Source of the DNA: Clostridia bacterium
GTDB taxonomy: Bacteria; Bacillota; Clostridia; Oscillospirales; CAG-272
NCBI GenBank assembly: GCA_017472255.1
Contig: JAFUQU010000001.1
Location: 5,304-69,303 of the forward strand
Reading direction: 5' to 3'
DNA: 64,000 nucleotides
Shown piece after piece: positions 46,152-54,271 of the stretch (position 1 is its first letter; each line of letters begins with the position of its first letter). A program made the position numbers and the translations under genes. The notes under the pieces are model-generated. The model searched no databases, was not told the origin of the DNA, and saw only the letters and a list, made by a program, of their open reading frames with translations.

Positions 46152-46376
46152 TTATTCTTCCGGCGGGATGAACTCCAGCAGATCGGAGATATCACATTCC
46201 AACACCGTACACATACGGGCGAGGGTGTCAAGATCAACACGAGCGATATCATTGTTACAATAACGGTTTATCTGTGTACGCTGTAACTCGGCACGCTGGC
46301 TGAATTTATTTTTGCTCATGCCAGACTTTTTCAATAAATCATCCAGCTTAAAACGTACAGTTCCATATTTATGCAT
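46152..46376 (-). CDS. XRE-family HTH regulator (74 aa), paralog B
   Basis: SKNKFSQRAELQRTQINRYCNNDIARVDLDTLARMCTVLECDISDLLEFIPPEE. ATG 46376 is preceded by GGGAG. Confidence 0.75.
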   Translation of the reverse strand: MHKYGTVRFKLDDLLKKSGMSKNKFSQRAELQRTQINRYCNNDIARVDLDTLARMCTVLECDISDLLEFIPPEE

Positions 46377-46543
46377 ATTATTGCTCCCATAGTTGTGTTG
46401 TTTATTATTTACACCTGTGAAATACATTACATATATATTATACACATTTATATCTTATAATGTAAGTTGTAAAATAAATATCAATAAAAATACATATATA
46501 ATAATATAGTATAATATCTTACACATACCAAGGAGGACACCCC

Positions 46544-46933
46544 ATGAAATCATACCCCACATCCTGCGCCATTATCGCAGGCTCATTCCCAAATCCCACT
46601 GACCGCAGCCGCATGGTACAGCTTTTTTCCAATATCATCGCCGACTTGGCGGAAGCGGGCATCGTCGATTTCTACGTCAATATCGATACAGAGCCGGGAA
46701 GACTTGCGGCGGACAGGGTGGCAGCACTGCGGAAAATTTTCGGGGAACTCCGCCTGCATACGATTTATTCGCGCAGGAGGAAGCATGATCCGCCGCTGAC
46801 TGATGAGCAGAAACATATCCTCACATGGTCGGATGAAGCGCTTCTGCTGAATATCGTCGGCGATCGGAACGCGGTGATTCATAGATGGATGACTGCGAAA
46901 GCCCAAACGACATTATCGATAAAAGGACTATGA
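46544..46933 (+). CDS. hypothetical protein, possibly a divergent SLOG/DUF1273-like fold
   Basis: 129 aa with a strong SD (AAGGAGG). Shares only a loose pattern (CAIIAG...AEAGIVDF...) with the 44387 gene. Confidence 0.3.
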   Translation: MKSYPTSCAIIAGSFPNPTDRSRMVQLFSNIIADLAEAGIVDFYVNIDTEPGRLAADRVAALRKIFGELRLHTIYSRRRKHDPPLTDEQKHILTWSDEALLLNIVGDRNAVIHRWMTAKAQTTLSIKGL

Positions 46934-47063
46934 TTCATAAAAAATGTGCCGCGCGTCAGCTTTATAGACAGCGGAAAATTTATGTTCTCAATTTTTGAAA
47001 AAGTGTATACAAAAGCGTTAATCTGTGATATAATACTACTATCACAAAAAGGAGAATTTTACC

Positions 47064-47441
47064 ATGAAACACATCACACGCATTCTAACTATCATGATGG
47101 CGACGCTGCTGCTGTTCGGCGCCGTGTCCTGCGGCAGCGGAATCACATTGGAGGGCAAGTATGTCCTCGACACCAAAATCAACGAGACCAGCTATACCTT
47201 CGAGAAAAACGGCAAAGTGACGGTTCAATCGATTTCGCTGGGCGTGGTGCTTTTCACGCTGGAGGGAACCTATGAAATCAGCGAGGATGGCAGCCAGATC
47301 ACCCTGTCTCTGCCCACAACGGATGGAACTGCCGCCGACGGTTCCGATCAATCCGCGCTGTCTGGCACCTTCACCTTTGAGCAGGGCGAAGCCAGCATCA
47401 AAATCGGTATGCTCGAGTATAAGTCCGCCGACGCGCAGTAA
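47064..47441 (+). CDS. small lipoprotein, unknown function
   Basis: Lipobox LLFGAVSC. SD AAAGGAG. -10 TGaTATAAT at 47026-47034. Confidence 0.7.
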   Translation: MKHITRILTIMMATLLLFGAVSCGSGITLEGKYVLDTKINETSYTFEKNGKVTVQSISLGVVLFTLEGTYEISEDGSQITLSLPTTDGTAADGSDQSALSGTFTFEQGEASIKIGMLEYKSADAQ

Positions 47442-47519
47442 ACGTTCATCCATCGAGCGTTTTTCCGGCGAAGCCGGCTTCTCCCGAAGACAAAAGCATG
47501 ACGAAATTCCCCGGTCCTG

Positions 47520-47548
47520 TTGACAGGAGCGGGGAATCGTGATATAAT
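47520..47548 (+). promoter_or_regulatory. consensus promoter TTGACA-N17-TGaTATAAT
   Basis: Exact hexamers upstream of the 47571 gene. Confidence 0.65.
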
Positions 47549-47570
47549 GGAAGAAAAATGGGAGGACATC

Positions 47571-47942
47571 ATGAAAACCATCATCCATATTGTATTTACG
47601 ATTGTCAAAATTCTCATCACGATCGGTATCTTAGTGGGACTTGCGGCGATGGCGATGGAGCTTATCACCGGACGCCCAAGGATGGACGGCGTATATGTAA
47701 ACGGCGAGGTGCGCTGGACGTTTGCCAAGGAGGAAACCGTGACGCTGGAAGCGGTTGGCGAGGACGGCGAGCCGTACACGCTGAGCGGGACGTATCTCTG
47801 CACCACATCGGGCAGCCACATCACGCTGAAGCTGGGCGATTCCGAGGAAGCCGCCGATTGGAACGGCACGCACGAATTCCGTTGGAAGCGCGGATCGGTC
47901 ACGATCGACGGCGTGGTGTACACGCTGGAGAAGGAAGAATAA
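47571..47942 (+). CDS. small N-terminally membrane-anchored protein, paralogous domain to the 47064 gene
   Basis: TM helix IIHIVFTIVKILITIGILVGLAAMAM. Shares the pattern W/YTF-K-x3-VT(V/L)...L-x-GTY...GSxITLxL with the preceding lipoprotein. GGGAGG lies 7 nt upstream of the ATG. Confidence 0.65.
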   Translation: MKTIIHIVFTIVKILITIGILVGLAAMAMELITGRPRMDGVYVNGEVRWTFAKEETVTLEAVGEDGEPYTLSGTYLCTTSGSHITLKLGDSEEAADWNGTHEFRWKRGSVTIDGVVYTLEKEE

Positions 47943-47979
47943 AAACGCAGGATTGCCGAAATCACGGCAATCCTGTTTT
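47943..47979. terminator. bidirectional terminator
   Basis: CAGGATTGCCG-aaatca-CGGCAATCCTG flanked by AAAAA and TTTT. Confidence 0.8.
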
Positions 47980-47983
47980 CACG

Positions 47984-49321
47984 CTATTCCTCCCCCTCAT
48001 CCACAATCCGCGTTTTGCCGAGCTTGGCGCGCTTGTAGTAGACGAAGGTCAGCGCGGAGCAGAGAAGCCATCCGGCGGGATAGCCCATGGCCAGCGGAAT
48101 AAAAGCGTCGGTCAGGCGGGAGACCGCGAACAGATACACCTGCCGGAACGCAACAAAGGAAGCGAGCATAATAATCATCGGCGTGCGGCTGTTGCCTGCA
48201 CCGCGAAGTGCGCCGGAGTAAATCTGATTCACGCAGCAGAGCACGTAGAAGGGCGTGATCCAGCGAATAAGCTGGGTGCCCACATCCACAACCTCCGGTT
48301 TATCGTTGAAGAACGCCACCAGATAAGGCGCGGCGGCAATTACCGGAATCATGATCAGCACGGTGGAAACCGCCGCCATGGCAAGGGCGGTGTTCGCGCC
48401 TTTGCGGGCGCGCTCCACGTTGTTTTTGCCCAGATTCTGCCCCACGAAGGTGGTGGACGCCAGCGACAGCGACTGCATGGGCAGGAAAATCAGCTGGTCG
48501 ATCTTATTGTATGCCGTCCAGCCGCTCATGTAGTTGTCGCCGAACACGTTGATGTAGCTTTGCACGAACACGTTTGAGAAGGAGGTGATGGTCATCTGCA
48601 ATGCCGCCGGAATGCCCACCTTGATGATTTTGCCGAGGATATCAAAGTTCAGCTGAAGCTTTTTGATCGACAGGCGGATGCAGCTGTCCGAGCGCATCAG
48701 CGTGACGACCACCAGCACCGCCGACACACCCTGGGCGATGATTGTAGCCAGCGCCACGCCGCCAACGCCCATCTTAAATACCAGCACGAACACCAGGTCG
48801 AGCACGATATTAATCAGCGCCGACACGACCAAAAAGTAGAAGGGACGCTGGGAATCGCCCACCGCGCGCAAAATGCCCGAGCCGATGTTGTAAATCATCA
48901 GCCCCAGCACCCCCGCGAAGTAAATCGTCAGATAAGCTGTGGATTCGGGCATGACGTTTTCGGGCGTTTTCATAAATTCCAGCATAAACGGGGTCATAGC
49001 GATGCCCACGCCGGTGAACAGCACGCCTAAAATCAGCGTCATGACGACGGAAGTGTGTACCGCGTCCTGAACCTTGTCGTGGAGCTTTGCGCCGTAATAC
49101 TGGCTGATGACCACGCCCGCGCCGCTGGAAAGTCCCATAAAGAAGCCGATGAGCATATTGATAATCGGTCCCACGGTTCCCACGGCGGAGAACGCTTCGT
49201 TGCTGACGTAATTGCCCACCACCCATGTGTCCACGGTATTGTAGAACTGCTGAAAAATGTTGCCGATCAGCAGCGGAATGGCGAAGGTGATCAGGTGTCC
49301 GGCGATGCCGCCTTCGGTCAT
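47984..49321 (-). CDS. MATE-family efflux transporter
   Basis: FAIPLLIGNIFQQFYNTVDTWVVG and 12-TM-like hydrophobicity. The start is uncertain. ATG 49321 (SD AAAGGA) is preferred. ATG 49387 and GTG 49396 would overlap the upstream gene. Confidence 0.85.
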   Translation of the reverse strand: MTEGGIAGHLITFAIPLLIGNIFQQFYNTVDTWVVGNYVSNEAFSAVGTVGPIINMLIGFFMGLSSGAGVVISQYYGAKLHDKVQDAVHTSVVMTLILGVLFTGVGIAMTPFMLEFMKTPENVMPESTAYLTIYFAGVLGLMIYNIGSGILRAVGDSQRPFYFLVVSALINIVLDLVFVLVFKMGVGGVALATIIAQGVSAVLVVVTLMRSDSCIRLSIKKLQLNFDILGKIIKVGIPAALQMTITSFSNVFVQSYINVFGDNYMSGWTAYNKIDQLIFLPMQSLSLASTTFVGQNLGKNNVERARKGANTALAMAAVSTVLIMIPVIAAAPYLVAFFNDKPEVVDVGTQLIRWITPFYVLCCVNQIYSGALRGAGNSRTPMIIMLASFVAFRQVYLFAVSRLTDAFIPLAMGYPAGWLLCSALTFVYYKRAKLGKTRIVDEGEE

Positions 49322-49379
49322 GTCCACATCCTTTTTGGAGCGGAAGAAGAAGGCGCGCAATCGGGACAATCGAGCGGTA

Positions 49380-51512
49380 TTAGCCATGATGGCCACACTT
49401 TCCGTCCTCGCACAGGATTGAGTAGTAGTAGACCGGAAGCGCCGACCAGCCGTGGCAGAGGCTGCCTGCCTTCGAGAAATCCTCCGCGCCCTCGATGGTC
49501 TCCCAGAAGGAGGTCGCGCCGCCGCGAAGCATATACAGGTAGTCCCGGTCGATTTCGTCGAGAATTACCGGGGCGTATTTCTCACGGTCGGCGGCCAGCA
49601 GGGCATCGAAGCGGAAGCAGTACATGGACAGGGTGGTGGGAATGACGCCCGGCACACTCCGTCCGTTGTCCGCGAGAATGGCAAGGGGCGCGCTTACATC
49701 CAGCCCATCCCCCGCGCCGCAGAGCAGGCAGAGAGCGTTGGTCAATACCGCAACGCCTTCGGTGCGGTCGTCGGTGGTGCGGAAGTATGTACCGTCCCAG
49801 AAGCGGGATGCGATGGCGGCGTTCAGCTTCACGGCGTCGGCGGAGAGGGTGTCGGCGCGGTCGTTTTTACCAAGCGCCCGGCAGATTTTCGCCATGTTCT
49901 GCATGGCCAGCGACACAAAGGCGCAGAGAGGCGCTTCATAGCGCTCCGGAACCTTGCCCCACAGCGCGCCGCTGAGGGTGGGCGCCCATTCGTAGAAGTT
50001 CCAGTAGCGCGTGTGTCCGCCGAAGCTGGGCAGCAGCCCGGTATCGTCGATGCGGCTGGTAAAGGTGGAAAGCAGCCGCTCCAGCCTGTCGTAAACCTCG
50101 GCGGCGAGGGTGGTGTCACCGGAATAATCGATGTACTCCGCCATTTGGATGAAGTAAGCGCAGGAGAAGGAGGGAATGCAGAGGTCGCTCATCGTCGGAT
50201 AGCAGATCGTCAGCAGCCCGAAGTCCCGCAGCCCCTCGGCAATCAGCCGCAAAGAGGAGCGGGCGAACTCGAACTCGCCTCGCCCGCCGTCCTCACGGTC
50301 GAAGGCGTAGTAGCCGCAAAGCATCTGATTGCGGGAATCCAGACAGTAGAGCGACTGTTCCCGCCACGGACAGTCTTCGTAGTGCTCGTGCATACAGCGC
50401 AGCAGCGTGTTCTGACAAACCTCATAGATGGTGTCCCGCAGAAGATTGCCGCTCGTCCATTTGTGGAAGATCACCGGGTAATCGGTGGGACGGATGCCCG
50501 CGTAATGGACGGTCACGTCCTTTGAGCGGATGAAAAGCTGGATATAGTGGCAGCCCAGACGGCGGAAGGGATTCATATACTGCCAGCGTCCGGCGGGGGC
50601 GTGGCATACGCAGTGGAAGCCGCGGATGGAGGTGCGCAGCCGTCCGTCATTGAGATGTTCGCCCCAACCGATATCGATGGTGCAGGCTTCGGGCAGCTCC
50701 AGATCAAGATCGAGGAAGCCGGCGGTTTCCGCGCCCAGATCGAACAGCAGATAGATGCCGTCGCAGACTTCCTCGGTGTGAAGGGGCAGCGGATTGTTCA
50801 CCAGACAGGTGTGGCTGTACATTTTGGAAATCTGCTGGAGCCAGCGGAAGGCGATGGGCGCGTACTGCATATTGGCGCTGGGGGAACGTTCCTCATGCCC
50901 GCTGTCCAGCGTGAACAGTCCCTGCATACAGAGCTTCGACGGAAGCCGGTCGCGAAGCACCAGCTTCTTGTTTGGGCGGGAATGAAAATTCCGCCCGATT
51001 TCGACGACGGCGGCGGGAGTGAAATCCTCCAGCCCCTCGCCAAAGAGGAAGCGGTCGTCGGCCTGCTGACCGTTCCGGCGGAAGGTCAGACCCAGCTGCC
51101 CGGAGATTTTGTCCATACAGCCGGGTATGTAACCCGGGTCGGGGCGGCAGAGGGTGGCGGAATTGGAGACGGCGAGAATTTTCCCGCCGGACGAAATCTC
51201 GTAAATCAGCCCCGCCGTACCCGTGGTGTAGCAGGAGGATTCCACGCCGTAATACCAGACGATGACAGCGAAGGTATTCTCTCCCGTACGCACGAAGGGG
51301 GTGATGTCCACCTCGTCGCAGACCTTATAGTGGGGATAATCGGCATACTGTCCGAAGGCGGCGAGCTGACCGTTCACATAGGCGGCGTAGTTGGAATCGC
51401 AGGCGATGGTCAGGCGGGTGGGAGCCGAATCGGCGGTGAAGCGGGCGAAGAAATCGGCGTATTGATCGGGATGAGGCTCGTCGAGCCAGATCCAGGACGC
51501 GGTATCGAGCAT
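49380..51512 (-). CDS. GH78-like (alpha-L-rhamnosidase family) glycoside hydrolase
   Basis: N-terminal WIW...YAAYVNGQ pattern and EDCPWREQ (DCPxRE-type) motif. ATG 51512 lies after AGGAGG. The track's 101-aa extension is rejected. Confidence 0.6.
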   Translation of the reverse strand: MLDTASWIWLDEPHPDQYADFFARFTADSAPTRLTIACDSNYAAYVNGQLAAFGQYADYPHYKVCDEVDITPFVRTGENTFAVIVWYYGVESSCYTTGTAGLIYEISSGGKILAVSNSATLCRPDPGYIPGCMDKISGQLGLTFRRNGQQADDRFLFGEGLEDFTPAAVVEIGRNFHSRPNKKLVLRDRLPSKLCMQGLFTLDSGHEERSPSANMQYAPIAFRWLQQISKMYSHTCLVNNPLPLHTEEVCDGIYLLFDLGAETAGFLDLDLELPEACTIDIGWGEHLNDGRLRTSIRGFHCVCHAPAGRWQYMNPFRRLGCHYIQLFIRSKDVTVHYAGIRPTDYPVIFHKWTSGNLLRDTIYEVCQNTLLRCMHEHYEDCPWREQSLYCLDSRNQMLCGYYAFDREDGGRGEFEFARSSLRLIAEGLRDFGLLTICYPTMSDLCIPSFSCAYFIQMAEYIDYSGDTTLAAEVYDRLERLLSTFTSRIDDTGLLPSFGGHTRYWNFYEWAPTLSGALWGKVPERYEAPLCAFVSLAMQNMAKICRALGKNDRADTLSADAVKLNAAIASRFWDGTYFRTTDDRTEGVAVLTNALCLLCGAGDGLDVSAPLAILADNGRSVPGVIPTTLSMYCFRFDALLAADREKYAPVILDEIDRDYLYMLRGGATSFWETIEGAEDFSKAGSLCHGWSALPVYYYSILCEDGKCGHHG

Positions 51513-51544
51513 GGGAAAACCTCCTTGATGTGAAGAATGTGGAA

Positions 51545-52216
51545 TTAAGGCTGCTTTTTTCTGGTGATCCGCCAGTAAATCAGGCAGGACAGACCCGCCA
51601 GCGTGCAGGAAAGCAGAATCGACAGGATAAACAGCGGGGACGTGGGATCGGTCAGCGACGTGCCGATGAGGGTGGCGGCGAGGATGCCGAAAAGCGCGCC
51701 CGTCAAACTGCCGGTGAAATAGGTTGCAAAGGGAAAATGTGCGCTCCCCAGATACATACTGACCAGATCGAAGGGCAGGAAATTGACGGCGCGCAGGATG
51801 TAGGAAACGAACCATTTGCTGCCGTCGCCGTCCACGATTGAGCGCACCTTGGGGAATTTTCTGAACAGCTTGTCCGCCGAATTGAAGCCCAGCTTCCGTC
51901 CCAGCCAGTAGGGAATGGCGATTTCTACCATCATGCAGAGGATGTTGACCAGAATCGCCGCCCAGGTGGGGAAGAAAAGTCCCACGGCGATTTGAAGTGC
52001 TGCCAGCGGCAGGAAAAAGACGATGGATTTCATGGCGTAGAGAGCGATCATGAAAAGGGTGGCGGCGAGATAGCTTTCGGGGGTGTAGCTGAGGATAGCC
52101 TCCACCGAGAACTTCTGCCCCGAGCCGAAATACCAGACGGCGGCGATGGCAATGAACAGCATCACCGCAGCCCGTGCCGCGAAAAGGACGCGGCTGCCTT
52201 TATCGTTTATATTCAC
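51545..52216 (-). CDS. TVP38/TMEM64 (DedA-related) family membrane protein
   Basis: Multi-TM protein with the FFLPLAALQIAVGLFF...YWLGRKLG motif. GTG start 9 nt after GGAG. Confidence 0.7.
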   Translation of the reverse strand: MNINDKGSRVLFAARAAVMLFIAIAAVWYFGSGQKFSVEAILSYTPESYLAATLFMIALYAMKSIVFFLPLAALQIAVGLFFPTWAAILVNILCMMVEIAIPYWLGRKLGFNSADKLFRKFPKVRSIVDGDGSKWFVSYILRAVNFLPFDLVSMYLGSAHFPFATYFTGSLTGALFGILAATLIGTSLTDPTSPLFILSILLSCTLAGLSCLIYWRITRKKQP

Positions 52217-52260
52217 GCGATTGCTCCGTATTCATGTTTGCCCGCGAGGGGGCTTTCACT

Positions 52261-52289
52261 ATTATAGCATATTTGTCCGGCGATTGCAA
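52261..52289 (-). promoter_or_regulatory. promoter of the TVP38 gene (TTGCAA-N17-TGcTATAAT)
   Basis: Reverse complement reads TTGCAAtcgccggacaaatatgcTATAAT. Confidence 0.6.
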
Positions 52290-52351
52290 GATGATTGGTG
52301 AAATCTGCGAAAAAAGTCCCGCCGGGCTTGGCGGTGATGCGAACTTAAAAA

Positions 52352-52387
52352 GCGGGGAGGGACTTTTTGAAAAAAGTCCCTCCCCGC
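52352..52387 (-). other. orphan 15-16 bp GC/AT hairpin, terminator-like on the minus strand
   Basis: GCGGGGAGGGACTTTT...AAAAGTCCCTCCCCGC. The minus strand continues with TTTTTAAG. No upstream minus-strand gene ends here. Confidence 0.4.
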
Positions 52388-52491
52388 ACCCCACCTCAAA
52401 AACTTTATAAAGTGAAAAGAGAAGGCGGGTTATTTTTCACGATTCTGCAAATCCAAGCCGGGAAGGGAAGCTTCAGGAGTGAAAAATTATC

Positions 52492-52520
52492 TTGACGCGC
52501 CGCCCGATCTATGATATAAT
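52492..52520 (+). promoter_or_regulatory. promoter TTGACG-N17-TGaTATAAT
   Basis: Near-consensus hexamers 33 nt upstream of ATG 52553. Confidence 0.6.
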
Positions 52521-52552
52521 GAAAGAAAACACCATCACGGGAGGACATCATC

Positions 52553-53761
52553 ATGCCAATCTTTCACTATATCGCCGACGGGCGGCTTTATGCCTGCACC
52601 GACAAGCAAGCCGCGGAAATCCGCTCGTCCGTGCTCGATACCTACCTGCGCCGGGTGAAGGAAAGCGCCGGGCGAAATGAGTGGAAGCATTCCGGCGAAG
52701 GCGCGGCGTTCCGGGGCGCGTATGTGCCGGGCGCGGACGCCGAAAGCCGGGTGGCAGCGGTTCATTCCCGCGTCTTCTGCGCCGTGGAGCAGGACGGCGC
52801 GCTGATCTATTCCCTGGCCATCGACCGCTCCACCGGCATCTACAGCAAGCGCCCGGACAGCGATACCGACGGCATCGTCATCAGCAGCGGCGACACCGCT
52901 TACGCCGACTTCGACATCCGGGGCGGGCGGATTGCGCTGACCTCCGCCTTCGCCGGGGAGAGCCACATCGGCGTGCTGGACATGGGAAAGACCAACTGCC
53001 AGATTTACACCGAAGGGCACACATGGGACAGCCAGCCGGTCTGGTCGGAGGCGCATTCCGATCAGATTTACTTCTGCTGCGCCGGGCTGCCGCTGAACAG
53101 TGGCGGGGAAGATGAACCGCCCACTATGGATTACAGCCAGATCATGACCCGGATGTTCGCCTCGCCGCAGCGATCGGTAAAGCGCGGACCGTCCTCCATC
53201 TGCCTTCTGGACATTTCCCGGGGAAGCATGGACGAGCTGCTGTGCGATGAGCGGTACGACTACGTCCGCCCGCAGAGTATGCCCGACGGCTCGCTTTACT
53301 ACATACGCCGCCCCTACCGTACCGACGAGGGCGGAAACAAGCTGGGCTGCCTTGCCGACGCTCTGCTGTTCCCGCTGCGGATGCTGCGGGCGCTGTTCGG
53401 ATTTTTCAACGTCTTTTCCGCCAAATATTCGGGCAAAACCCTGTCGAAATCGGCGGGCGTGAAGCAGCGGGACGAGGAAAAGCTGTTCATCGACGGCAAC
53501 CTGATCAACGCCGAGGCCGAACTGCGCGCCAACCAAAGCCGGGGCGACGAGCATCCGGGCATTATTCCGCACACATGGGAGCTGCACCGTCTCGCGCCGG
53601 ACGGCAGCGATACGCTGGTACGCCGGGGCGTGGCGGCTTATTTTGCCGAGGCGGACGGCAGTCTGCTGATCTCCAACGGCTCGGCGATTCTCCGCCGCAC
53701 GCCGGACGGCAGGGAGGAGAAGCTGCTTGACGCGGCGCGGGTCACGTTCATCCGTGGATGA
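52553..53761 (+). CDS. hypothetical protein, beta-propeller-like repeats; unknown function
   Basis: 402 aa. SD GGGAGG at 8 nt. Recurrent DG-x-L/I-Y blade-like motifs (DGRLYAC, DGALIYS, GGRIALT, DGSLYYI, DGSLLIS). Confidence 0.6.
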   Translation: MPIFHYIADGRLYACTDKQAAEIRSSVLDTYLRRVKESAGRNEWKHSGEGAAFRGAYVPGADAESRVAAVHSRVFCAVEQDGALIYSLAIDRSTGIYSKRPDSDTDGIVISSGDTAYADFDIRGGRIALTSAFAGESHIGVLDMGKTNCQIYTEGHTWDSQPVWSEAHSDQIYFCCAGLPLNSGGEDEPPTMDYSQIMTRMFASPQRSVKRGPSSICLLDISRGSMDELLCDERYDYVRPQSMPDGSLYYIRRPYRTDEGGNKLGCLADALLFPLRMLRALFGFFNVFSAKYSGKTLSKSAGVKQRDEEKLFIDGNLINAEAELRANQSRGDEHPGIIPHTWELHRLAPDGSDTLVRRGVAAYFAEADGSLLISNGSAILRRTPDGREEKLLDAARVTFIRG

Positions 53762-53892
53762 TGGACGGCGTTATCAATTCCGAAACAAAGTTTTTACAGG
53801 AAGCGGCGCTTTTGTTGATGCGCGGTTCAAGAAAATGATGTATAATAAATCCATACGAAAGCTTTTGCCTGAATCGAAACGGAGGATTTAAC

Positions 53893-54228
53893 ATGGCATA
53901 TTATTGTCCGAGCTGCGGCGCCGCTGTCAGCGGAACCGCCAACTTCTGCACCAACTGCGGCGCTCCGATGAATGGCGCGAACACACAGACAAATTCGCAG
54001 TTTTCCAATACCGCGAAGACGGCGGCAACCGTTGCGGGAGCGGCCATCGGCGCGTCTTTGCTGGGCGGGCTGCTGTTTGGGCGGAAAAAGAGAAGACCGC
54101 CTGTCCATCACGTCAGACCCCCGATGGGACGTCCGCCGATGGGCGGTCATGGTCCCATGGGTCATGGTCCCGGCAGAGGTCCGGGCGGCGGGCATGGCGG
54201 ACCCGGCGGTCATGGTCGCATGAGATAA
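53893..54228 (+). CDS. zinc-ribbon protein with a TM-like segment and a Gly/Pro/His-rich tail
   Basis: YYCPSCGAAVSGTANFCTNCG (double CxxC). Then AATVAGAAIGASLLGGLLF, then GRPPMGGHGPMGHGPGRGPGGGHGGPGGHG. Confidence 0.65.
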   Translation: MAYYCPSCGAAVSGTANFCTNCGAPMNGANTQTNSQFSNTAKTAATVAGAAIGASLLGGLLFGRKKRRPPVHHVRPPMGRPPMGGHGPMGHGPGRGPGGGHGGPGGHGRMR

Positions 54229-54235
54229 GAAAAAA

Positions 54236-54264
54236 GGAACGGCGCAAGCCGTTCCTTTCTCTTT
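54236..54264. terminator. bidirectional terminator
   Basis: GGAACGGC-gcaa-GCCGTTCC flanked by AAAAA and TTTCTCTTT. Confidence 0.75.
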
Positions 54265-54271
54265 GCATATT

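Noticed and set aside
42133-47942. I considered calling the Rpn/SLOG/XRE patch a phage-defence island.
   Set aside because: No recognisable effector or sensor pair was seen: no nuclease-NTPase, cyclase, TIR, Sir2, restriction-modification, Cas or abortive-infection domains. The evidence supports only an 'accessory patch with a possibly mobile cassette'.
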